A stretch of DNA of 64,000 nt, taken from the NCBI GenBank assembly GCA_047967505.1, contig CM106538.1; one strand, 5' to 3'. This document shows, one piece after another, positions 24,201-36,200 of this stretch (its first letter is position 1; every line of letters starts with the position of its first letter). Source of the stretch: Dipteris shenzhenensis. Lineage: Eukaryota. The notes under the pieces are model-generated. The model saw only the letters and a list, made by a program, of their open reading frames with translations, did no database searches and had not been told where the DNA came from. The position numbers and the translations under genes were made by a program.

Positions 24201-27200
24201 TTGGGTTCAGAGGGGTGTGCCTGTCAGGTATTTGGGCTGCCAGGTCAGCTTGGATATTTCTACCACGCAGCAGTTTGCTCCCGTGTTGGAGAGCGTCAGG
24301 AGGAAGCTCCTTTTTTGGAGCTCAGCCAAGCTAAATCTTGCCTCTAGAGTTGTGGTGGTCAACCAGGTCCTCTTGGTCACGGCCTGGTTTGTTTGTTCTT
24401 GCTGATGCTGTTCTAGGGACTGCATCACTCAGCTCAGGAGACCGACCAGAAATTTTCTTTGGAGTGGGCTTGATGGCAAAGTAGATACCTTAGCCAGGGT
24501 GGCTTGGGAGGCCCTTATCCTCCCTACACAGGAAGGGAATTGTGGATACTTCTTGGGAGATTTTAGCGAGCATAGCATCCTGGCATATCTGGAGAGTTAT
24601 ATGCACAGAGGCTATGAAGGGTACTCAGGTTCATCCCTCGCACACTTTGGCTAGTATCTGGACAGACATTGTACATACTTTGATGGCCGTATGGATGAGT
24701 ATGCAGGGAGACTCCCATGCAGCGTCAGCTAGGAGGGCTTCACTCAAATTGAGTTGAGGAGTTGCCCTTGTTCTCATACATGGCACGCATTGGTCAACGT
24801 CTACAAGTGGAGGCAACAGCTAGGACTCCCTCGAAAGAGCGTCACTGTATGCAGTAGTAAGTTCCCTAGGAGGTGATCTCCTCTCCCTTTTTGGTCACAT
24901 CTTTGGACCAACCGCTAATCACAAAAGATCTCTAGATGGTAGCACATGGAGGTTTTCCATTGGCCCATGGCTGGAGCAGATGTGTGTAGATGGTATATGC
25001 CATTGTTGTGCAAATAGAGATTTGGAAACGATCTCGCATTGTCTTTTGGGTTGCCCTGTATTGCAGAGGATCTAGATGGGTGCCCTTTGTTTGTTGCCAG
25101 GATGCAAAGGTTATAGGGAGACTTCCCTTGGATGGCTACTTGGTTGGGGGAGGCGAGTCATGCCTTCTCCATTGATCAAGCCTCTCCAACCTACAGGATC
25201 CAAGGGCAGCGGGTCTTCAGGATAGAGACATGGTTACTTGTTAGGCCCTCCCGTCTCTGGTAGCCCAGCCTAGTAACATCGGTATCTCCGATCGATAGCC
25301 GGAGTCGACCAACTTCGAGTCGGAAGCCTCCTCTGACAATGTCATTATGACTCCGCTATCAGCTTGGTTAGGCAGTTATAGCCTCCTCTGACAGGGTCAT
25401 TATGACTCCGCTTTTCCAAAAAGATTACTTCATTAAGTATGAATTAAAACCACAAGAGCAAGCTCTAATGCGGGAGTACATCATGCCATGCATGAGAAAA
25501 AACCGGCTCAAAACGAGCTAACAAAAATCCAAGGTGGAGGCTGAAAGGGCGACCTCAATCCTGAAGGAGACTCAGAGAAGAAAGGAGATCCTCTCCAAAC
25601 TCTAGAAAAAGTACTTCTCCTAGTTGTAGCTGCTCTGGGGGATCCTTGCATGCTCTCCCAGATGGCCACCAATGTGTGTATAGTATCAATCCATATATTG
25701 GCCATAGACGGGAAGGGTGAACCTAGGAAGCCTCCATTGCCTTTGTACATGTGGCCCTCCAAATATGCCAAGCTACAATGCTAACTAGAATCGCCCATGA
25801 TGTGTCCACCGAGGCATGGGCAGCTCTGAAAGGAGTGAAGGGAACATCCTGGAGAGAACATGACTCCACAAAGTGTCATCGTGTAATGAAGGCTAAGTCT
25901 GAGTCATGTCCCTCGAAAAACACCTGAGGGCCAGTAAGAGATAACCATGCCAATGATCCCCAAGTCGTGAAGAAGGGTGCTCTATGAAATATGCTAAAAA
26001 TCCTAGCAACACCCTCCAGATTGTCCTCGCGTGTCTGCACTCCCGGAGGCAATGCTGAACTGACTCAACTGCTGCATGGCATTGAGGACAAGTAGGGTTA
26101 GCCCTGAACCTGGATCTCCACAGGTTCACTGCAATCCCGCCAAGCATAGAAAGCCAAAAGAAGAGAGTGATCTTTCTATTCCTGAGGAATTTCCAGAGCC
26201 TTAGAATTGTGTAACGAAAGAAGGGGATGCTCTTCTCTCAGTGCCCTTCATCAATCCACTTCCATTCCCCTGGGTCCCACTGCAAAAACCTAATGGGGGA
26301 ACCACCATATAACCAGAGTCTCCATGACCCAAGTGCCAAGAGAACAGGGTCAAGATCAAGATACCACTGTGAGTCCTTGCCCCACTCCATGTAATCAGCA
26401 ATCCTAACAGGCTAGAAGGCAACCTCCAAAAGATTATCATCTGAAGATCTAAGAAGTCTGCTGCCTCCCGACTGAACATCAAAGACAAGGGTCTCCTCAA
26501 GTGCATCCCGCAATGCAATAACCTGTAAAGGAATACCCGTCCCCGAAAAAGCTCCCAACCAAGTGGACTCTGTGATAGGCATGTCATCTGTATCTATCCA
26601 CTTTGCTGGTATAGCTGCATCTATATGCTGCATCCTGACTGTACTCTCTCTGATGTGGCCAAATGATAAGAGTCTCTGATCCTCTGGAAGCTTCCTAAAA
26701 GCCTTCCAAGCACATACTGTGGAAGCAGGTCCCCTCTCCCATCTAGACCACTGCATATAATGTGACACTCCTAGTGATCTGCCATGCTCATCCAATAAAG
26801 AGTCATTCCACATGACTGGCTACCTGTCTATTTCTTCGCGAGAGGAGGGTGGAACTCTTTGAAGAGTGCCTCTGAAGCTGCCCCAAGCTTTCAAAATGGC
26901 AGTGATGAGAGGACAAGAGGGAGATCTAAGATGGGCTGAAGTAAAAATCCATCTCAAGCTATCCATCCAATCTCACTCGTGAGATGGTGTACAAGACTGA
27001 ATGCTGTGTAAGAAAAAATCTTTCCAAGGATCCTGTCCAAGCATCAATCCTGTCACTATAAACTTGCAAAGCAAGGCCGTACACTACAAGTTCGGATTAA
27101 TAATATTGAGACCTCCTTCCCCTGTGGGGAGAATGAGGGTCTCCCAAGCCACCCTGGCTACAACATCTAAGGTGCCATCCAACCCACTCCATAGGAGTTC

Positions 27201-30200
27201 CTAATAGGTCTCAAGAGCTGAGAGATACAACCTCTAGATCTGCACCAACATGAGCAAACAAACCAGGTAGTAGCCAATAATACCTGGTTCACAACCAGTA
27301 CTCTGGATCCAAGGTCAAGTCTAGCAGAACTACAAAAAATGAGTTTCCTCCTGATGCTCTCCAACACCGGAGCAAACTGTTGTGCTGCCACCCCAACCTG
27401 GCATCCTAGGTACCTGATGGAAACACCCCTCTGGATCCAAGTGAATCCTATGTCATTCCGTGAGTTTGGAGTGTCCTCATCACTAATCCCAAAGCCATTG
27501 GACTTGTTCCAATTAATATGAGCCCCTGCTGCCGTGCAAAACAAATCCAAGCGTGTCCTGAACGAGGTGAGTGTGTGTGGTGTGGCATCCAAAAAAACCG
27601 TTGTGTCATATGCCAACTCACTATCCAAGAGGTCATCCTCTTGCCTCAACGGAAGCCTCAGCCCTATAATATCAGCTTGAGCTCTAAGATAATAGCTCAT
27701 AGCTTCGGCCACAAATAAAAAGAGAAAGGGGGCTAAAGGGCATCCCTAACTGTCTGAATTGGTAATCTGAAGCCTGTCTCCCCTGACTCCACCAATAAGA
27801 ACCTGGCTATAGGCTGATCTGTAGAGAGCTGACACCCCTCTGATCCATGCATCTGTGAATCCAAAGTGAACGAGGGTACCCTCTAGAAAGCCCCAGTCTA
27901 CTCTGTCATAAGCTTTCTCAAAGTCCAAGAGTAGAATGGCAAGCCTATGGCCATTATGCATGGCCCAGTCAGAAGACTCCCAAAATGGGAAGATGTTATC
28001 GAAGATGCTCCTGCCATGCACACAGCCCGTCTGCGTATCATGCATAAGATATGGAAGAAAGGGCTGCAAAGATCTAGAAGAAAGGGCTGCCAACGAATGT
28101 TGATTGCTCTTGCTAAAATTTTGCACAAAGTACCCAGTAGAGTGATCGGTCTCCACTGAGACACTAAATTCCTGCAACCACCTTTTGGGATAAGATGAAT
28201 GAGGCCCTCCGTAAGTGAGTCTGGCATCTCACCGGAGTCCCAAACGCTCTGCAGAGCTGAGGTAATGTGGTCCCCAATCTGATCCCAAAATGAAATAAAA
28301 AAAGAAGGGGCCAGCCCATCTAAGCCAGGGTACTTGCCCTTGTGAAGGGCAGATAGAGCAGTCCTGAACTCTATGTTGGTGAAGGGCGCATCAAGTGAGA
28401 CTATCATATCCCCTATCACCAACATAGGTAAGTGCTGCCAAATAGCAACTCGAGCATCATCTCTAGCCTATGTTTGGCTCTGCTATAAGAAGGGAGGCAT
28501 AGAAATCTGTGGCTACATGCAAGACAACATCTGGATGTGTCTATTAAACTCTGTCTGAGTCAACAAGCTGTGAAACACTCTCCTTACTATGTCTGCAGTC
28601 AAGAGTAGAGAAGAATTGTTTGTTGACTCTACCTCCCTTCTAAGTCCAAAATGACTCTCTGACATGAAAGGCATACTCTGCTCTCTGATCTAACAGTAAC
28701 TACTGCTAAGCCCTTGCTGCAGCAAGGCGCTCTTGAACCCAAGCATCTGTAGGCCTCTTTTGCTCTTCCCTCTGAAGAGCAGCCAACTGCTAGCGGATGC
28801 CTATCTCTCTCCTAATACGAGCAACTGAATGATAAAAGTCACTAATATCTGAGAGGGTTGTAGCTATATTTGACGGGGAAAGCCGCCCATAGTGCATGTG
28901 AGATCCCGAAGTCCGCAACACTACCTCTGTGAGACCCTCCTCTACGTAGAAAGTATTTGGAATCCTGATACTAGTAGAGAGACTCCTCACATGAGGATCT
29001 GAAACAAACAGAACAACTGGAAAATGATTTGAAGTGGACACCCCAAGTTTAATGCATACTGTCCCACCTCTGTCCAGAGCCCAATCATCCACATAAAATT
29101 TGTCAATCCATGCATGGATAGGCATCTGCAACCTCCTGTTCGACCAACAAAATAGGAGTGACTCTGGTTGAGTGTGGAAAGCATCATCATGCCAAGCATC
29201 TTTGCCACTGTCTCGAGCCTCCTTGGTACCCCCAGCTTTCTAGGTTGTTCCACACTCACTCTCGCAACCTGGATGCCCTACCTTAGCTTATGCCTCCGCT
29301 CAAAATGCCTCCGCTCCCACCAGTCAATCGTCCAACGGTTCGGGTTGTTGTCGCATTGTGAGGATGTAGAACAAGTCGTGGATGGATGAAGATTTTTGAG
29401 GGACGTTGGAGGGTATTGCAGACGGCCCTCCACTGTCCGACCCAATCTTTGTGGGCCAAGCAAGATCAGTCCACAGACGATGGCCTGCGTCGCCATAGCC
29501 AGAGTACTTGTTCACCCACGCCTCCAACAACATAGGAGATTCCCTTGAGTTGCAATCGGGATCGAATGGCCGCACGGGGGCTTGAGGAATTTGGGCTGAG
29601 AGTAGGCGCTCATTCTGTCGCCGAAGCTCACAGATGTATATATTATTTTGGTCTAAGCAGTATTTTTTCCGCTCCCATTGCCTCTGACTTCTTTCAAGGT
29701 GAGGTTCTCATTGTATCCGTTCCCTTGAGTGTGCCAAAGTGTTACCTGTCTGTCCCTCCTGCATCTCCAATCATCCCAACTTGGTTAACACCGGTATCTC
29801 CAACCGGTAGGCAGATTTGTTCAACTCCGAGTCAGAAGCCTCCTCTGATAGGGTCATTATGACTCTTTCGTCGGCTTGGTTAGGCAATTACGCCTCATGG
29901 TGGCTGTGTCAGACATTTCAAATGTCCTCGCGCCTTCATTTTAACGCCCAACGGCATCGGCATTCCATGTCCTAGATGGCCATTGGCAGGAACGACATTC
30001 GTTCAATCCTTTGGGCACAACGACAACTCCACTCACCCGGTCAAAACAATCCATTGGGTAAATTAAGCTTGTTTGCTCCATTTTTGCAATGTCGGCCTCC
30101 AAAGCCCTTCCATAGTTAGGATTCATTCGGCATGGCCCTTTGATCACCAAGCCAGAGTCTGGGTACAAGTCAATGCAATGCTCAATGATCTCAGTTGGAA

Positions 30201-33200
30201 CTACTTTTCTGTCTACACCATGCAAAAGACTACCATGTATTCCTAAAAGAACTCTGTAACCGCGGTAGTCATGTTTATCAAATCCATGTGGCTACCTTTA
30301 GATGCTTTGGGTGCTTCTTAGTCCCTATGTCGAGATAGTGCCAAAACAATCTCATGCATGATCCACCAAGGAAATGCTTGCTACTCTACAGAGCTGCTTG
30401 CTCCCATCGCCTCTAATCTTGCATGCATTGAGTACCTTGAAGAGGAAAATCACCCTCAATTTTGTGTCTTCTTAAAGAGGTAGATATCTTGTGCCATTGG
30501 TGGATGAAGTCAATCTTTTCTTTTGATTTTGGGCTTGTTTTAGCATACTCCTTTAGGGTAACCCCTCCACCTCACAAGTCAATCTAGAATCCGAGCAGTC
30601 CTCCAATCTTGTGGCATCCACATCTGATAAATAGAACTCAAGCAAGTCAAGGTGTTCTACATCTTCCACTCCATAACCTGCAAAGGGTCAGCGATTCTTT
30701 TTTGAACGTGTATTACTCCTTTTGAGTATTATTCTTGGTGCATGTCATCAAATTCTTTGGCACTATCATCAGCGTGTCGTGAGCTTCCTCTTTCCTTCAC
30801 TGGTATCCTCAATCTCTGCGCTCACATGTTGATCAGCCTTTTCTTTGCTCTCATTGGTGTTTTCGGTCTCTTCAATCATATGGTGGTCATTCCATTGGTT
30901 GGTCATATTGGTGTCGCCTCTTCCAGTGGTCACGAAATGTATTCACATCCTCCTCTGTATATTATCTTGACAATGTTTGAGACCAACATCGGGTATGTGC
31001 AAGGTGTATTGCGGAGACCAAAGGGCAGCACCTCATAAAGTGTGTCCAATGCCCTTGCATTGTGAAGCAAGGTCTTCTTGGGCTAAGTTTTGCATCATGC
31101 TATACTTAGCTAAGCGGTGATCCAAGTCAGCACACATGACACAATTCCACCATGTTGGTTGACAAGGAGGCAAGGGACCCATCCAAACTAGGATGACTAC
31201 CTCTTCCTCCTTGGACCACCTGAGCAAGCATATAAGTGAGGGTTTCACTCGTCATTGAATCCCTAGTGTCATAAGTTTCATTTTGGAAGGAGTCATCTTC
31301 ATGTAGACAGAAACATGGAATTTTTTTCTCTATTTTGTGTAGTAGCTCATTGGAATTGCGGACATCTAGTTGCCCCATGGGAAGTGTATTCTCATGTTTG
31401 ATTACAGTTCTTCTTGGTGCAGCACTCTTGAACCTGATGTTAACTGCTGTCCCGACATCTACAAATACATTCTTTAAGGATAACCAAGTTATTTCCACTG
31501 CCACATGTGGACTTTGCTCACATGTGAGGGCAGTATAAGCTACGCATTGGCTTACCATGGTTCCATTTGTCACCCATCCTTTTTTGGGACTTGCACTTTC
31601 TGTCGACCTCCTCACATTTGTTTCAAGAATGAGATGATGTGTTGCTTTATTTGTGGAGACAAGTGACATAGTTGCATTAGGATGATGCTGGGTTGGAAGT
31701 CCATTAGATCCTCCCTCAAGGAGTAAGGTTGCGTGATGGCCTTTTCAGACCTAATAACCCTTGGCTCCACCAGGGGATCAAAGCTTACCCATGGTCGAGG
31801 TGGTAGGTCCGCATCTACTACGTTGTTCCTTGGATGGTTTGATCCATCACCTTCTTCCCCTTGTCTTTCACCTTATAGATACTCTATGACTAGTACTCCT
31901 TGCTGAAACAGGATGTCTCATTTTGTCTTGGTAGAAGAGGGTCTTGCTAGAGGAGTGGAAGGTCCTGCTTGCTCCTCTTGTCCGTACTATGCCCTTGTAT
32001 CTTTGAACTTCTTGGGTTTGATGCAAACCTGACTCTTCTGTCCTCCTTTGAAGGAAATTGTGGAGTTAATCCGTGTTTCTCAGAATTGAATTGTACTTAC
32101 CTTGTGATGCTTTTCACTACAGTCATGAAGGCCTGCTTGAGGCGGATAAGGTCTTGGATGATGACAATTTTCCAAGTATGTTTTCAGTCAAAGGTTACAA
32201 TTTTATAACCGACATGAGACCCTTTGTGTTTAGGCACATTGAATTCAGCTACATCAGAGGGATATTTTCATCTCAACCTGTGTAATGTGGTGCAGATGAT
32301 CCAGTAGTCTTGACCCCAAGAAACCTGGTCTCAGATTTGGAGTTGCCAATAGAAGCATATTGTTTACAGAATGAAGCCATTACTACTTTTCATGGAAATG
32401 TTTGTTTGGGTCAAAAGGAAATATATTACATTTTTAAAATATTTTGATCTCAACATTATGATGTGGTGCAGATGATCCAGTAATCTTGATCCCAAGGAAT
32501 TAGGACTGAGCTTTGGAGTTGCAAATGGAACCATATTGTTTACAGATACCTATAATGGAAATCCTCATTGTGGTCAAAAGGAATTTTGTTTGCTTGCATT
32601 TTATTTTCTCGCAAGAGAGTGGGAGCACCAAATTTGGCTTCTCCTTTTAATGTCTGTTTGTACCTTGAAACTTCAAATATCACAACTTGGTACCCTATTT
32701 CTTTTACTTAAATTTCTAGAAACATGCTTTGAAACTGTCTAGTACGGACGAAGACCCGTATAGTCTCCCTTGCTGCACCCTCTCCCTCAGACTGTCCCTC
32801 CCTCTCTCCCTTGCCCTCAGCCCCTCCCCCTCCCTCAGCCCCTCCCTCCCTTCTCCTCCTCCCCCTTCAGCCCGCTCCCTCTCCTCCACCTCTCAGCCTG
32901 CACCTCCGCCCCCTCCCTGCCTCTCAGCCCGCCCCTTCCTCTCCCTCTCCTCTCCCTCTCAGCCTGCGCCGCCCCCTCCCTGCCTCTCCGCCTCTCCCTC
33001 TCCTCTTCCTCTCATCCTGCGCCGCCCCCTCCCTTCCTCTCAGCCCGCCCCTCCCTGCCCCTCCCTCTCCTTCCTCTCCCTCTCCTCTCCCTCTCAGCCT
33101 GCCGCCGCCCCCTTCCTCCCCCTCCTCTCCCTCCTCTCCCTCTCCTCTCAGCCCGCCCCCTCCCTGTCCCTCAGCCCACCTCCTTCCTGCCTCTCCTTCC

Positions 33201-36200
33201 TCTCCCTCTCCTCTCCCTAGCCTGCCCCCTCCCTCCCTCTCAGCCTGCCCCCTCCCCTTCAACCTCTCAGCCTCTCCCCTCTACCCCTCCCCTCCTCGCC
33301 CCTTCCCCCGCTCCCTCCTCACCTCCTTTCCCTGTTTTCTACCCCCCTATCTCCCGCAGCATTTTTTGGAGCGGAAGGAGCCTCCAAATTGTCAAAGTCG
33401 GCCTCCTCACCTCAATTGGCGATGGATACTCCGTCAGCCAATCCTACTCCACCTCCACCGGCCGCGAAAACTATTACCTTTTCTAAAGATGAGTTGCAGC
33501 AGCTCAAGAAGGATGTAGAGATTGAATGCTCTACCATGTTGCTAGCACGCATCTTCGGGTCTCACCCCTCCAGATCCCAAGCCAGAGACTGGATGCTTGC
33601 GGCTCTCCCCCCAGACCTCACTCCACGATTGTTAGATGTTCGTCTTCTGGGACGAGGTTTTTTCCAAGTTGTTCATGACACTCCAGAGGCTGCGAGCACT
33701 GTGCTCAAAGCTGAGTTTTTACACCTGAGACACAGGAAGATCTTCTTTGAAGCCTTTCATATTGGTTTCGACCCAGTGGAGGCAGATAAGAAAATATTTT
33801 TGCTCTTCATGAGATTTCCCGGGCTTCCCCAGGTTTACCATCGACTTCTTTCTGTTATTGGGGAGCATTTTGGCGCGGTCGCTGAGATCCCACCCCTCCC
33901 TGGGTTGCCATTGACTGCAGTAGAGGCAACCAAGGCTGATGGGATACCTAGAGTTAGGGTCCTCTGTAAGGATCCTAACCTCAAGATGGACCATGTTATG
34001 ATCCAGCGCTCGGATGGTTTCTTTTTTCGCGAGAGAGAGGAGATTTCAGGTAAACAGGACCAGTGCAGGAGATGCAGGACCATTGGACACTTTGCCAGGG
34101 ATTGCCCTAGGAAGAACAAAAGGCCCAAGAAGCCCTCTGGTACAACTACTGCCCCATGGCCTCGACAGGGGGGTGGTACAGGTCCAGCACTTGCTCCTCA
34201 GCCTCGACAGAGGGGTGGTACAAGTCTAGCACCTGCTCCTCGGCCTTCGCATGGCGGTCCTCCTCAAGATGGTGATGGTATAGGTCCAGCACCTGCTCCT
34301 CGGCCTCGACAGGGGGGTGGTACAGGTCCATCACCTGCTCCTCGACCCCCACCTACCTCAGGGGCACGCGACGCTCTCAAGTGGGTTGTGGCACGTGTGC
34401 AGATCCCTCCTTCAGTTCACGAGGGTACATTAGTGGACTCTGCTTCACCTCGAGCTGTCGCTCCAGTCTCACCTCGCACAATCCGAGACACTGAAGCTTC
34501 GACCTCCTCCCCGGTTGCAGCTTCTTTCCTAGAACCAGCGGTGCCAGACGCTCTTCTTGAGGTAGTAGAGGTCTCCGCGGCTAGGCAGACACAGGATAGA
34601 GAGCAGTCTTCACGTCCTCCCTTGGATAGGAGGAAGGGGGTTTACACTCTTGATCCTCTTCCCTCAGAAGGGATCCTTCGCACTCCGGTGTCTGGCTTGC
34701 TTCACAGGAACTCATTTCCAGCCCTGGCACATGGTTCAGATTTCCCAGAGGAGTTTGTGCCCGCTACTTTTGGGGAGACAGTGATTGGGTTTCCTGTTGA
34801 CAGGGCTTCTTCTTCAGGTGGCAGGGTTCTTTCCCCTGTTGATTTTCTGCCACTTGGTTCCATTCCTCCCTCCTCGAGCAGGAGGTCTTCCCCTGTTGAG
34901 AGGTTTGTTTCCGCCACTAGGTCGGGTAAGGTGTTCCACTCTACATCCTCCCGTCGATGAGGATTATTAGTTGGAACATACAGGGCCTAGGTGGCATTCC
35001 ACATCGCCGCCGTAGACAGTTGATCCGGGATCAGCTTCATCCAGGTGTTATTGGGGGTTCCATTGATATCTTATTTATTCAAGAGCACAAACTGGATTCT
35101 AGAGATTGTGCCAAGTCAGGCAAGTTGCTTTCTGGCCATACTTTTTGATCGCCTGTCTTGGGCACCAGGGGGGGCACTTCTATTTCAGTTTCGCAGTCGG
35201 TTCTCCCCTTAGTTGTTGGACATGGAGTCATTATTCCCTCTAGAGCTCAATGGATTATTCTTTTGATTGAAGGGCATAAGGTTGGTTTCCTTAACCTGTA
35301 TGCCTCCAACATTAGAGGGGAACGTGTCCTTATGTGGAAGGATTTGCTCTCCTGGGCCCCCATTGCAGATTCATGGGTGATTGGAGGTGACTTTAACATG
35401 GTTGAGTTACCGTCAGACAAAAAAGGGGGTAGAGAAGGCGGACTTCACTCTTTGGAGAGAGCAGCTTAGGATGCCTTCCTTTTTCACTTCTGTGGCAGAG
35501 ATACTTGGTTGGACGATGCCTTTCTTATTCAGCCACAATCCCTTCTGTTCTCTTGGTCGAACAGGAGGCAGCAAATGCCTATTCATGCACGCATTGACAG
35601 ATTCTATGTAGATGATTGGGCACTAGATAGAGGTGGATCGGTATGCATTGCTGCTGGGGTTTCCACTTCAGACCACTTTCCTGTTGTGCTGGCTATCTCA
35701 GAGCCTCACTTGAGAGGCCGGTCTGCCAGCATCAGGATTCCAGATGCCTTTTACAGAGAGGAGGAACTTACAGAGGCAGCTCTGTAGATATGGGTTTCTC
35801 ATGTCTAGGGTGGGCAGCCATATCCATCACATGTAGCTGCTGCCCTTTCTGGTATTAGCGACTTCTACCGCTCAGTTACTTGTACCAGGAGACGAGATAT
35901 TCTCAGACGTGAGATTGGTGTTCGCCAGCAGTTGGCAGCTTTGCAGAGGGAAGAGCAGAAACGGCCTTCAGATGCTTGGATTCAGGAGTGCCTTGCTGCA
36001 GCAAGGGCTCATCAGCAGATATTGCTTGAGCAGAGAGCAGAGTATGCCTTTCATGCACGGGAGTCCTGGATTCAGATGGGTGGTAGAGTCAATACACACT
36101 TTTTCTCTACTCTTGGCCCTAGACATAGTAGAGAGAGTGTATCCCAGCTTATTGACTCACATGGGGTTTTACAGAGAGAGCCTGATGATGTCTTACGCAT

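Noticed and set aside
32746-32768. ggacgaagacccgtatagt at the A1 5' end, reminiscent of an LSU rRNA motif
   Set aside because: Too short and imperfect; more likely filler or part of the 5'UTR
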